A stretch of DNA of 64,000 nucleotides from a virus (lineage: Duplodnaviria; Caudoviricetes), in the IMG/VR virus record IMGVR_UViG_3300036778_000062, positions 32,001 to 96,000 of that record. One strand, written 5' to 3'. The translations under genes were made by a program, and so were the position numbers. Positions 1 to 9,313 of the stretch are shown in pieces (within the stretch, counting starts at the first letter, position 1; the number at the start of each line of letters is the position of its first letter). The notes under the pieces are model-generated. The model worked only from the letters and a program-made list of their open reading frames with translations. It was not told the DNA's origin and made no database searches.

Positions 1-2
1 GT

Positions 3-332
3 GCGGAGGCGCTGATTGCAGCCTATCACGCTGGCACCTACCACATAGGCATGCACGAGGAACGGTTCCGCAGGCCGCGCGGGCCATCCACAGCACCGCC
101 AATTGATGAATTCGAGGACGCTGAAGGGGATACGGCCAGGTACGTAGACCGGTATGGTGTGCGCGGCGCGCTCGGCGAAAACGCCACTGTATTGGATATG
201 GCTTGCGATGGGCGCACTTACCGAGAGATTGGCGAATATGTTTGTGCCGTAGGCTCTGTAGATACCCGAGAGAGGGCTGGTAAGAGAGCGGTTAGCGCGG
301 CGGCTAAATTATTTTCAGAAATTGCGGCCTGA
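3..332 (+). CDS. Partial (5'-truncated) HTH protein, probable late-gene activator/antiterminator
   Basis: Frame open from window start; VLDMACDGRTYREIGE sigma4/HTH-like motif; directly upstream of late operon; ends IAA. Confidence 0.55.
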   Translation, partial: AEALIAAYHAGTYHIGMHEERFRRPRGPSTAPPIDEFEDAEGDTARYVDRYGVRGALGENATVLDMACDGRTYREIGEYVCAVGSVDTRERAGKRAVSAAAKLFSEIAA

Positions 333-521
333 GTTTGCGGTTCGAGGCTCTCCCATTCCCATAATAGTAGGGGGATATTTTTACCCCCACTACTTACCTT
401 GCCGCCTTTCGATGTGCGGCCCCCGCGCTGGCCTGGCCACCGGGGTTAATTTCCCCGCCTATCCCGTGAGGGACAGCTCCGCACTAGGTTACGGCCTGTG
501 CGGCTTTCATTGCCCGGTGCC

Positions 522-680
522 ATGGTCCACGCTCGCAAGCCAGTTGAGGTTATCGCCGAGGAGCTGTGGGACGTGCCGTTCCCGGGCGAGACCGCGGAAG
601 ACATCATTGATGTCTTGGAGCGGGAGGGTTGGCGCTTGGTGTTTGTGCCAGATACAGAAAGTGTTGGAGTTCTCGACTAA
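522..680 (+). CDS. Small hypothetical protein
   Basis: ATG 522, stop overlaps next ATG (TAATG). Confidence 0.55.
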   Translation: MVHARKPVEVIAEELWDVPFPGETAEDIIDVLEREGWRLVFVPDTESVGVLD

Positions 681-1036
681 TGTGGTTTGTTTCCAAGGAC
701 GGCGCAAAAGGCAACGCGTTGGCGGCTTCTTGCTGGGGTCCGTTCGATAGCGAGGCTGATGCTGTCAAGGCTGCTGAGCATATTGCCGCTCGCGGCACTG
801 TTGCCGTGATCGGTCCTGGCGCTGTTACGCAGAAGGTTAGCACGACTGCGCCCACCGTCACTGTGACGCCGGTTGTTGCGCCAGCTGTACAGGCTGCTGC
901 TGTTGTGGCGCCGTCCCCGGCCCCGGCTGTGACTCCCGCACCGGCTGTTGCCTCTGTGGCTGCGCTGGGTGCCAAGCCTGCAGCCAAGCCACCGCTGTTG
1001 CAGCCGCACATGCAGCATCCCGCAGCCAAGAAGTAA
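680..1036 (+). CDS. Hypothetical protein with Ala/Pro/Val-rich C-terminus
   Basis: Translationally coupled start, GGAG upstream. Confidence 0.65.
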   Translation: MWFVSKDGAKGNALAASCWGPFDSEADAVKAAEHIAARGTVAVIGPGAVTQKVSTTAPTVTVTPVVAPAVQAAAVVAPSPAPAVTPAPAVASVAALGAKPAAKPPLLQPHMQHPAAKK

Positions 1037-1045
1037 GGTATTGCA

Positions 1046-1183
1046 ATGATTATCGACTTTATCGCACTTGCTGCCATTGCGGTCGCTATAGGCATTTTCG
1101 TGCACGAGCGCCGTCGGGCCAAGGCTGCTGCAGTTGTAGCACCTGCGCCAGTGGCTGTGGATCCTGCACCGCCCGCGGCCTAG
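1046..1183 (+). CDS. Small single-TM membrane protein (45 aa)
   Basis: MIIDFIALAAIAVAIGIFVHERRR...PPAA; AAGG upstream; below ORF-track cutoff. Confidence 0.55.
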   Translation: MIIDFIALAAIAVAIGIFVHERRRAKAAAVVAPAPVAVDPAPPAA

Positions 1184-1202
1184 CGGACCTGGTTTTCTGC
1201 GT

Positions 1203-1667
1203 GTGGCCAAGTCTATCGGTTTGGATGAAAATATATTGAGTAGCAGGTCAAAAAAGGACGCTCTCCTTGGGATGCCGACTGGCACTGCGTGGGGAAGATT
1301 ACGTAAGGAAGTTCTATTCAGTCTTGCAAAGAAGCTATGTCTGACGCGTTGTCATCGTTGCGATCAGGAAATTGAAACAGTCTCACAGTTATCAATCGAT
1401 CATAAAATAGACTGGCAATCGTCTGATACTCCGCTCGAAACGTTCATGGATATAGACAACATTGCCTTTTCCCACCTCAGTTGTAATGTTTCTGCGGCAT
1501 CAAGGCCCACAAAGAAATATCATTCAACTCGTGAACGCAATCGCGAGAATTTCCGTATCTACTACGAGAGAAATGGAGCTGAGTGGAATGAGCGACGCAA
1601 CGCAAGGCGAAGGAAGCCAACATTAGTCGCCAATGATAATCAATCACAAGCGGCGCTTGTTGGATAA
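1203..1667 (+). CDS. HNH-like endonuclease
   Basis: CHRC...IDH...NIAFSHLSCN motif. Confidence 0.7.
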   Translation: MAKSIGLDENILSSRSKKDALLGMPTGTAWGRLRKEVLFSLAKKLCLTRCHRCDQEIETVSQLSIDHKIDWQSSDTPLETFMDIDNIAFSHLSCNVSAASRPTKKYHSTRERNRENFRIYYERNGAEWNERRNARRRKPTLVANDNQSQAALVG

Positions 1668-1669
1668 CA

Positions 1670-1969
1670 TTGGACCAGCGGTCAGACCAGGCCAAACAAT
1701 GGCGACGTTGGTATTCCACCACTAGATGGCGATCAATAAGACAAACACAGTTGGCAATACAGCCGCTTTGCCAACGCTGCATAGCAATGGATATGGTTGA
1801 GGTTGCTACAGTTGTTCACCACGCAGATGGTGGACACAGGGGCAACGAAGACAAGTTTTGGTCAGGTCCATTCGAGTCATTGTGTAAGCCGCACCACGAT
1901 AGCGAGGGCCAGCGCGAGGACTTAGGGCAGACAATCATTTCATTCGGTTCTGATGGTTGGCCTAGTTAG
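1670..1969 (+). CDS. Terminase-associated HNH endonuclease (HK97 gp74-like)
   Basis: PLCQRC...ATVVHH...SLCKPHHD...DGWP, immediately before terS. Confidence 0.88.
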   Translation: MDQRSDQAKQWRRWYSTTRWRSIRQTQLAIQPLCQRCIAMDMVEVATVVHHADGGHRGNEDKFWSGPFESLCKPHHDSEGQREDLGQTIISFGSDGWPS

Positions 1970-2050
1970 GAACGGGGGTGTGGCAAAAGTCTCACACCTT
2001 AAGCAGAAAAGACCGGCGTCCAACAAAAACGCACAAAACCACAAATCAGA
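1970..2050. other. Putative cos (packaging) region
   Basis: Short intergenic GGGGGTGTGGCAAAAGTC...GACCG...AAAAA between gp74-like HNH and terS, the usual cos position in HK97-type phages. Confidence 0.5.
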
Positions 2051-2052
2051 AT

Positions 2053-2442
2053 ATGGGTCTAAAAATCGTGGCTAGGCCGCGAATTCCGAAAGCCAAAGCC
2101 AAGCTTGAAGCGCGCGACAAAAAGAACCCGCAGCGCTTCACAAACCGCAAAGAGCCCAATGTTTCTGACGCGCTCGGCGATCCGCCTGAGTGGATGGGTG
2201 GCGAGCAGCGATTAGCGTGGCGAACGTTCCAGCGAGAAATTCCGTGGCTCAATCACAGCCATCGCGGCGTGGTTGAGATCGCCACGATTATCAGAGCCAG
2301 GCTAATGGCCGGCGAAGAATGCGGAGTCCAGGCCCTTAATCTTCTCAGGCAATGCCTTGGCTCGATGGGCGCAACGCCGTCAGATGCAAGCAAGGTAACG
2401 TTGCCAGACGATGACGAGGGCAGTGACGACATCCTCGACTGA
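2053..2442 (+). CDS. terS: Terminase small subunit (start ATG 2053 or GTG 2068)
   Basis: ARPR N-terminus, PPEWM, LGSMGATPSDASKV motif, position. Confidence 0.85.
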   Translation: MGLKIVARPRIPKAKAKLEARDKKNPQRFTNRKEPNVSDALGDPPEWMGGEQRLAWRTFQREIPWLNHSHRGVVEIATIIRARLMAGEECGVQALNLLRQCLGSMGATPSDASKVTLPDDDEGSDDILD

Positions 2443-4306
2443 GGCGACGCCCGCTCTTGATAGAGTCTCTGCATACGCGAAGGCCATTTTAGATGGAAGT
2501 ATTGTTGCTGGCCCTCATGTACGAAATGCCTGCCGTCGTCATTTCGACGATTTGGCCAGCTGTGCCGAGCGTGGAATATTTTGGGATGATGCTGCTGCCA
2601 TTCGCGTATTTCGGTTCTTCGAAGAGAAACTGAAACTAAGCGAAGGCCAGTTCGATAACCAGGCGTTTGTCCTGCAGCCGATGCAGGAGTTCATTCTGGG
2701 TTCTGTCTTCGGGTGGAAGCGGGCGGACGGCACAAGGCGGTTCAGGCGCGCGTATATCGAGGCCGGCAAGGGTTGCGGCAAGTCGCCGCTGGTTGGTGGA
2801 ATAGGTCTCTATGGCCTCGCGGCAGATGGTGAGGCCGGCGCCCAGATTTACGCGGCTGCTGCCACCAAGGATCAGGCAGGCATTCTGTTCCGCGACGCCT
2901 GCAAGATGGTGCGTCAGTCGCCCGATCTTGCCAGGCGCCTGAAGTTCAGCGGCGGGTTTGCGCGTGAGTACAACATCGCGCATCACAAGTCGCAGTCGTT
3001 CTTCCGGCCGATGTCGCGGGAGGCCGGCAAGACCGGTTCAGGCTTGCGGCCCCACTTTGCGCTCTGCGACGAGGTGCACGAGCATCCCGGTCCAGAGATT
3101 ATGCGTATGCTGGAGGCGGGCTTTAAGTTCCGCAGGCAGCCGCTTCTGGTGATGATTACCAACTCTGGCAGCGATCGGCTGTCGGTATGTTGGAAAGAGC
3201 ATGAGATGGCCTGCGCAGTTGCCGCTGGCACTCAGACGCCGGATGAGGTTTACGAGTATGTTGGTGAGACGTGGGCGGGCTCGGACGAATATTTTTCGTA
3301 TGTTTGTGCGCTCGACAAGGACGACGACCCGCTAGAGGATCCGTCCTGCTGGATTAAGACCAACCCTCTTTTGGGTGTCACAGTCACCGAGGAATACATC
3401 GCGTCGCAGGTTGCGTTCGCTAAGAATTTCCCGAGTGATGCGCCGGGCGTTTTGCGTTTGTACTTTTGCGTATGGACCGACGCGCATTCGGCCTGGATGC
3501 CGCGCAAGACCGTCGAAAAGGTCATGACGGACTTCGATATCGGCCAACACGATGGCAAGCCGGTATTTCTCGGGGTCGACCTTTCGTCGCACAAGGACAT
3601 GACCTGCGTGGCGTATGTTGCGCCAACTGGCCACAAGGAAATCAAGCGACCTGACGGCAGTAAGTTTCTGGCGCCGACGTTTGATGCATGGGTGGAATCG
3701 TTCACTCCGAAGGACACTCTCAAGCAGCGTGCCGAAGAAGATAAGGCTCCGTACCTTCTGTGGGTGAAGGATGGTTACCTTCAGGCGATTCCTGGCGAGC
3801 GCATACGATATGATTATGTTGCGTATGACGTCCAACAGGCTGATAAGAAATTCGACATCGAGGCTGTCGCCTATGACGATTACGCATTCACCGAATTCAA
3901 GGAAGAGTGCGGCAAGCTTGGGTTAGAACTTACGTACCGAGACCATCCTCAGGGTGGCAACAGGCGCAAGAAGCCAAGCGAAGAATTGGTTGAGAAGGCG
4001 AAAGCCGAAGGATTGCCTGAGCCTGGCGGGTTGTGGATGCCGGGGTCTATCAGAGAACTGGAATCTCTGATCATGGATGGCCGCATCCGTCTCAAGAGCA
4101 ATCCGGTTGTTATGACCGCGCTTATGGCGGCGACATTTAGTGATCCTGATCCGGTCGGCAACAAGTATCTTGTCAAAGACAAGTCACATAGGCGCATTGA
4201 TGCTGCCATCGCTCTCTGTATGGCGGTTGGCGCTGCTGTTGATGGTGCGGGTGACGCGACTGACATGTCGCAATTCACGTCAAACATAATTTCCGTGACC
4301 TGGTAA
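2411..4306 (+). CDS. terL: Terminase large subunit
   Basis: RRFRRAYIE-GKGCGKS Walker A, CDEVHEH Walker B, GVDLS nuclease, RIDAAIAL. Confidence 0.97.
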   Translation: MTRAVTTSSTEATPALDRVSAYAKAILDGSIVAGPHVRNACRRHFDDLASCAERGIFWDDAAAIRVFRFFEEKLKLSEGQFDNQAFVLQPMQEFILGSVFGWKRADGTRRFRRAYIEAGKGCGKSPLVGGIGLYGLAADGEAGAQIYAAAATKDQAGILFRDACKMVRQSPDLARRLKFSGGFAREYNIAHHKSQSFFRPMSREAGKTGSGLRPHFALCDEVHEHPGPEIMRMLEAGFKFRRQPLLVMITNSGSDRLSVCWKEHEMACAVAAGTQTPDEVYEYVGETWAGSDEYFSYVCALDKDDDPLEDPSCWIKTNPLLGVTVTEEYIASQVAFAKNFPSDAPGVLRLYFCVWTDAHSAWMPRKTVEKVMTDFDIGQHDGKPVFLGVDLSSHKDMTCVAYVAPTGHKEIKRPDGSKFLAPTFDAWVESFTPKDTLKQRAEEDKAPYLLWVKDGYLQAIPGERIRYDYVAYDVQQADKKFDIEAVAYDDYAFTEFKEECGKLGLELTYRDHPQGGNRRKKPSEELVEKAKAEGLPEPGGLWMPGSIRELESLIMDGRIRLKSNPVVMTALMAATFSDPDPVGNKYLVKDKSHRRIDAAIALCMAVGAAVDGAGDATDMSQFTSNIISVTW

Positions 4307-4317
4307 CCTAGCCCAAT

Positions 4318-5592
4318 ATGTCCTTCCTCGACAGATGGTTTAACAAAACCATTGACCTTAACGCGGCGAGCCAACCGTTTTGGAGCGGTTTCTTTGGCGC
4401 GAGGTCAACTTCTGGCGAGGAAGTCACATTTGATAGGGCCATGCAGCTCGATGCGGTGTGGGCGTGTGTCAATCTGATCAGCAATGCAATCGGAACGCTT
4501 CCGTGCATTGTTTATGGTGAAGACGGCGTTACGCCTGCAACAGATGACCCGCTTTACGACCTCTTGCACGACTTGCCAAACGTAGACGACACGGCACCAG
4601 AATTTTGGAATATGGTGGTGCTTTGTCTCCTGCTTGACGGCAACTTCTTTGCCGAGATCAAGCGCGTTGGTGGCAGGATTGTTGCTTTAAACCCGATGCA
4701 TCCGCTTGCGGTTCAGGTTAGGCGAGATCCTGAACGCGGATATGCCCGTTATTACGAGTACAATCAGCGTTTTTATATGCAGGCGCCGACAGGCGTGCGC
4801 CGCATTGAAGAAGTGGATATGTTTCACGTCCGCGGCCAGATGATTCCTGAGTGCGACCGCGGTCTTTCTCCGATTTATTTCGCGCATAATTCGATCGGGA
4901 ACGCCATTGCAGGCGAAAAAGCTGCCGGCAAGATGTTCAAGAGCGGCTTGATTGCGACCACTTTCCTGTTTGCTGACCAGGTTCTCAAGCCCGAGCAGCG
5001 AAAACAGATTGAGGATAGCCTCACAAAGTTTGCTGGGGCCGAAAAGGCCGGCGGCGTAACTGTGATGGAGGCGGGCATGAAGGCCCAGCCCATCACGATT
5101 AATCCGATTGACGCGCAAATGCTGGAGTCTCGGCAGTATAGCGTTGAGCAGATTTGTCGAATTTTTGGTGTCCCGCCCGTGATGATTGGCCACGCAGCCA
5201 ACGGCACGACGACTTGGGGTAGCGGGATTGAGCAACTGATCCTGCAATTCTACAAATCTTGCTTATTGCCTCTGGTTGGCCGCATCGAAGCGACGATTTG
5301 TCGAGATCTGTTGACGCCCCAGCAGCGTAAAAATCGCAAAGTGCGGTTTAATTTTACTGCGTATCTCGAAGGCGACAGCACCGCGCGCGCTAATTTCCTC
5401 ACCAAAATGGTTGCCGGTAGCATTTACACCGTCAACGAGGCGCGTGAGTACGAAAATAAGCCAGATGTCGAAGGTGGCGACAAGATTATTGCTAACGGCA
5501 CGATGACGCCGCTGGACAAGTTGGGCGAGCAGCCTGCAGCACCCGCACCACCCGTCACAAACGACAACAAACCACCCGCGAAGGCCGCATAG
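4318..5592 (+). CDS. Portal protein, HK97 family
   Basis: AVWACVNLIS, GLSPI, DAQMLESRQYSVEQICRIFGVPP, TVNEAR. Confidence 0.97.
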   Translation: MSFLDRWFNKTIDLNAASQPFWSGFFGARSTSGEEVTFDRAMQLDAVWACVNLISNAIGTLPCIVYGEDGVTPATDDPLYDLLHDLPNVDDTAPEFWNMVVLCLLLDGNFFAEIKRVGGRIVALNPMHPLAVQVRRDPERGYARYYEYNQRFYMQAPTGVRRIEEVDMFHVRGQMIPECDRGLSPIYFAHNSIGNAIAGEKAAGKMFKSGLIATTFLFADQVLKPEQRKQIEDSLTKFAGAEKAGGVTVMEAGMKAQPITINPIDAQMLESRQYSVEQICRIFGVPPVMIGHAANGTTTWGSGIEQLILQFYKSCLLPLVGRIEATICRDLLTPQQRKNRKVRFNFTAYLEGDSTARANFLTKMVAGSIYTVNEAREYENKPDVEGGDKIIANGTMTPLDKLGEQPAAPAPPVTNDNKPPAKAA

Positions 5593-5635
5593 TAGGCCGC
5601 AACAAATGCAGCGGACGCGCTGCATAGGAACCTAA

Positions 5636-6751
5636 ATGAATTACAAGCACATCCTTTCGGCATTTATCGCTGAACCGTGGGCCATGCAGCCCGAAAAACT
5701 GGACACATTGTGCCGGTTTGTCGAGTTTAAGGCCAATGGCGGCGTTTATTCCGCAGAGGAATTGGCTGCTCGTGGTTATACGAAAAAGAGTGTTGAATCG
5801 CAGAAGAATGCCGGTTCTGTCGCAATTATCCCGGTTTATGGCGTACTTGCGCAGCGCATGAACCTGATGTCAGAATTATCGGGCGGCACTTCATACCAAA
5901 TGTTGAGCGCGCAGTTGAACGCCGCGCTCACGGATGACGAAGTCAGCAGCGTGGTCCTGGATATTGATAGCCCCGGCGGTGGCGTCCCCGGCGCTCAGGA
6001 GTTGGCTTCTGAAATTTTGGCACTGCGTGGTGGCGATAAGAAGATTATCGCGCAGGTGAACTCGCTAGCGGCTTCTGCGGCCTATTGGATTGCGGCTTCG
6101 GCTGACGAAATCAATGTGACTCCTTCCGGTCGTGCCGGATCGATCGGTGTTTACACGGTTCACGAAGATATTTCGGAGATGCTGGCCAAGGAAGGCGTAA
6201 AGCTGACCTACATCAGCGCCGGAAAATACAAGGTTGAGGGTAACGAAACGGAACCGCTCAGTGCGGACACCAAGAAATTCATTCAAGCCAACGTTGATGC
6301 TTCTTATGCTGCGTTCGTAGATGGTGTCGCTGCTGGCCGCGGCGTCACCTCAGAATACGTGGAAGACAATTTTGGCCAGGGCCGTGTTTTTGGTGCGAAG
6401 CAATTAGTCAAGCGCGGCATGGCGAATCGTGTTGCCACGCTGAATGAGACCCTTGCTGCGTTAGGCGCAGACGTCTCGGCTCCGACTGCCCACATCAGCG
6501 TTGCAAACATGGCGCGCAAAGACGCTGCCGCCACGCTGGCAACCAAAATTCGCGCTGGCGAACCGATTACCAAAAGAGAATTTGAGAACGGCATCAAGGG
6601 ACTTGTTGGCTGTTCGAATGCAGAGGCAGAGCGCGCCGCGCGGCTCTACCTCAAAGACGGTCAGGGGGATCCTGATGACGCCGGTAATGTGGCGGCTTTA
6701 GCCGCGATTGACCGCGTGTTGGCTGAGGCCAAGACGTTTCCCCTGTCATAG
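5636..6751 (+). CDS. Prohead protease, S49/SppA family
   Basis: LDIDSPGG, AASAAYWIA, GSIGV, SAGKYK motifs. Confidence 0.95.
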   Translation: MNYKHILSAFIAEPWAMQPEKLDTLCRFVEFKANGGVYSAEELAARGYTKKSVESQKNAGSVAIIPVYGVLAQRMNLMSELSGGTSYQMLSAQLNAALTDDEVSSVVLDIDSPGGGVPGAQELASEILALRGGDKKIIAQVNSLAASAAYWIAASADEINVTPSGRAGSIGVYTVHEDISEMLAKEGVKLTYISAGKYKVEGNETEPLSADTKKFIQANVDASYAAFVDGVAAGRGVTSEYVEDNFGQGRVFGAKQLVKRGMANRVATLNETLAALGADVSAPTAHISVANMARKDAAATLATKIRAGEPITKREFENGIKGLVGCSNAEAERAARLYLKDGQGDPDDAGNVAALAAIDRVLAEAKTFPLS

Positions 6752-6763
6752 GATATATTATTT

Positions 6764-7981
6764 ATGTCTACCGAAACTATTCTTGCCGACAAGATTGGCG
6801 AACTCGGCACCTCGCTGGCTTCCATCAAGGAGCAGGTGCAGAATCTTGGAGCTGATTTCACCGCGAAGCTTGCCGCTACTGGCGAAGTCTCGGCCGCAAT
6901 GACCGAAAAGACCGACAAGGCGCTTGCCTCGCTCGGTGAAGTCGTGACTCGCGTAGGTGAGCTTGAAAAGCGTGCTGCGCGCGCCAAGGACGACGTCCAT
7001 TCTGGTAAGGTGATGGGCCTTGGTGATCATTTGATTGCGTCGGAGCAATTCAAAAATACTGACGTTTCTGGCGGCTGGCGCGGTTCGATTCGAGTAGGCG
7101 TCGAGCGCGCTGACATCACCTCGGCCGACACCACTGTCGGTGCCGGTCGGTCTGCCGGAACGTCGCTGGTTCCTGGTGCCCGCGTTCCAGGCATTGTCAC
7201 GCCTCCGCAGCAGAAATTGAACATTCGCGACCTGATCGCGCCTGGCCAGACCATCTCCAGCAATGTGGAGTTCGTCAAGGAAGTTGGTTTTACCAACAAC
7301 GCGCGCCCGGTTACGGAAACAACCACCAAGCCGAAGTCGGACATCACGTTTAACCTCGTGTCCGCCCCGGTTCGCACGCTGGCCCATATCTTCAAGGCCT
7401 CGCGCCAAATCATGGATGATGCTCCGGGACTTGCGAGCTACATCAACGCTCGCGGCACCTACGGTCTTAAGTTGAAGGAAGAGGGTCAGCTTCTGACCGG
7501 TAACAACACCGGACAGAACCTGCATGGCATCCTGCCGCAGGCGTCCGCATTCTCTCCCGCCTTCACTCCTGACAGCGAGCAGGCAATTGACCGCCTGCGT
7601 CTTGCGCTGTTGCAGGTTATTTTGGCCAACTTCCCATCGTCTGGCTTCGTGCTCAATCCGACTGATTGGGCTGCCATCGACCTGACCAAGGACAACCAGG
7701 GCCGCTATATCGTCGGCAATGCGCTTTCCCCGAACAGCCCGGCCTTGTGGGGACTTCCTGTTGTGGAATCGCTGTCGATGACGGCAGGTACGTTCCTGAC
7801 TGGCGCGTTCAACCTCGGTGCGCAGATCTTCGACCGCATGGGCGTTGAAGTGCTGCTTTCGAGCGAGAACTCGGATGACTTCGAGAAGAACATGCTCACT
7901 GTACGTGTCGAGGAGCGCCTGACACTCGCTGTTTATCGCCCCGAGGCGTTCGTGACCGGCGATGTTTCGGCCTCGTCCTAA
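6764..7981 (+). CDS. Major capsid protein, HK97 family
   Basis: N-terminal coiled-coil delta domain, EEGQLLTG, LWGLPVV, VEERL...RPEAFV. Confidence 0.97.
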   Translation: MSTETILADKIGELGTSLASIKEQVQNLGADFTAKLAATGEVSAAMTEKTDKALASLGEVVTRVGELEKRAARAKDDVHSGKVMGLGDHLIASEQFKNTDVSGGWRGSIRVGVERADITSADTTVGAGRSAGTSLVPGARVPGIVTPPQQKLNIRDLIAPGQTISSNVEFVKEVGFTNNARPVTETTTKPKSDITFNLVSAPVRTLAHIFKASRQIMDDAPGLASYINARGTYGLKLKEEGQLLTGNNTGQNLHGILPQASAFSPAFTPDSEQAIDRLRLALLQVILANFPSSGFVLNPTDWAAIDLTKDNQGRYIVGNALSPNSPALWGLPVVESLSMTAGTFLTGAFNLGAQIFDRMGVEVLLSSENSDDFEKNMLTVRVEERLTLAVYRPEAFVTGDVSASS

Positions 7982-7990
7982 ACAATAAAT

Positions 7991-8013
7991 GGTGTGGGGT
8001 TCGGCCCCACACC
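7991..8013 (+). terminator. Stem-loop after capsid gene
   Basis: GGTGTGGGG-TTCGG-CCCCACACC perfect 9-bp stem; weak U tract. Confidence 0.6.
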
Positions 8014-8031
8014 GTTCCCTTGGAGTTTTTC

Positions 8032-8424
8032 ATGATAGTCCGCGCGCTACGAACGACGTTTGACAACAACTACGGCTCGTTGCATCAAGGCGCCGTCGCC
8101 GAAGTTGACGATTACACGGCGCGCGAGTTGATCGCACAGGGTTATGCGATCAAGGAATTGCCTCTTGCCCAGCAGGAGGCTGCGAATGACAACAGCCCTT
8201 TCGCCCAGACTGGTTCCCAGACTGGCGCGGATCCACTGCGGTCATTGTTGCTGGAGGACCTAGTGCAGGCTGCGCCGGTCTTGCCGCGGTTAAGCACAGA
8301 CCCGGAGTTCGCTTCCTCGCCATCAATAACGGATACAAGCTATGCCCATGGGCAGACGCTCTCTACGCCTGCGACTTCGACTGGTGGAAAGCGGAAGAGG
8401 GGGCGCCCTCGTTTGCAGCGCTAA
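8032..8424 (+). CDS. Small post-capsid protein (zero-frame product of frameshift gene)
   Basis: GGAG RBS, ATG 8032; compact N-terminal domain (GAVAEVDDYTARELIAQGYA) typical of genes after HK97 capsids, then low-complexity tail. Confidence 0.75.
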   Translation: MIVRALRTTFDNNYGSLHQGAVAEVDDYTARELIAQGYAIKELPLAQQEAANDNSPFAQTGSQTGADPLRSLLLEDLVQAAPVLPRLSTDPEFASSPSITDTSYAHGQTLSTPATSTGGKRKRGRPRLQR

Positions 8425-8840
8425 GAATTACGCAGGACGGATATAAGCCAAGGCCAGAGTGGGAATTGCGCGCCGTTACGTTGGTCAGAAACTGCGACAG
8501 GCTACTGTTTAACAGGTTTGGCGAGATTGGCTGGGGCGGCAACGGTGGCTTTCACGCGTTAAATCTGGCCATTCAGTTTGGCGCGCGACGTATTGTATTG
8601 GTTGGATATGATATGCGCGTCGACCACGGGACGCACTGGCACGGTGACCACCCGAAAGGGATGAATAATCCGGCGGCTGTGAACGTGAAGCGCTGGCGTC
8701 AAGTTCTAGACGCTCAGGCTGGGTTATTGAAAGAGATGGGCGTCGAAGTGTTAAACGCCTCCGCTGTTAGCGCGCTTGAAGCTTATCCCAAAATGACACT
8801 GGAAGCGGCGATATACGGTGGAATGAATGTCGCTGCTTGA
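8196..8840 (+). CDS. Maf/DUF115-like (sialyltransferase-fold) glycosyltransferase domain, reached by -1 frameshift
   Basis: Frame reads PDWRGSTAVIVAGGPS...AINN...WADALYACD...GGNGGFHALNLAIQFGARRIVLVGYDM; stop at 8187-8189 and no ATG/GTG/TTG until 8466. Confidence 0.75.
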   Translation, partial: PFRPDWFPDWRGSTAVIVAGGPSAGCAGLAAVKHRPGVRFLAINNGYKLCPWADALYACDFDWWKAEEGAPSFAALRITQDGYKPRPEWELRAVTLVRNCDRLLFNRFGEIGWGGNGGFHALNLAIQFGARRIVLVGYDMRVDHGTHWHGDHPKGMNNPAAVNVKRWRQVLDAQAGLLKEMGVEVLNASAVSALEAYPKMTLEAAIYGGMNVAA

Positions 8841-9204
8841 TCTTGATCTCATCAAAAGTCATTTAAGGGTGGACGATACCGAATCGGATACGCTGATTGC
8901 AGCGTACCAGGCAGCCGCCGAAAGTATCGTTGCACAGTATCTCGACCGAGATGTGTATGCAGTTGGCGATTCTCCGGTGCCGACCGATCCATATGCGATT
9001 GAATTGCAGCCTCCAATGGTTGCGGCCATACTGCTGTTGATCGGCGATATGTACCTTTCTCGGGAAACTGAAGACACCGATTTCCAGAGAAGGCCCGTTG
9101 TTGGATTTCCGGCCGTCTTGCCTCGTCCAGTTCGCGCGCTGTTGGCTCCATATCGCGTATGGCGCACAGTGAGCGAAGGCTATCACCACCGTGATTGCTT
9201 CTAA
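8827..9204 (+). CDS. Head-tail connector (HK97 gp6-like)
   Basis: IKSHLRVDD...LIAAY, AAILLLIGDMY.SRE, ALLAPYRVW. Confidence 0.92.
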   Translation: MSLLDLDLIKSHLRVDDTESDTLIAAYQAAAESIVAQYLDRDVYAVGDSPVPTDPYAIELQPPMVAAILLLIGDMYLSRETEDTDFQRRPVVGFPAVLPRPVRALLAPYRVWRTVSEGYHHRDCF

Positions 9205-9313
9205 TAATGTGGACCGCTGGACCGCATTCGTCGCGATACATCATCTAAAACTGCGGTTAGAGATACTGCTATACAAACTAAAACGTAATCCGTCGTATCT
9301 GAAGGACATTGAA

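Noticed and set aside
5955-5985. DSP in the protease as a glycosylation-type motif
   Set aside because: IDSPGG is the conserved S49 peptidase motif.
6758-7525. Long antisense ORFs over capsid, terminase, LamG and tube genes
   Set aside because: Expected by-product of GC-rich codon bias; no motifs or RBS support.
8466-8840. ORF-track start at TTG 8466 as the real gene start
   Set aside because: It would drop about 90 residues that include the GGPS and WADALYACD motifs.
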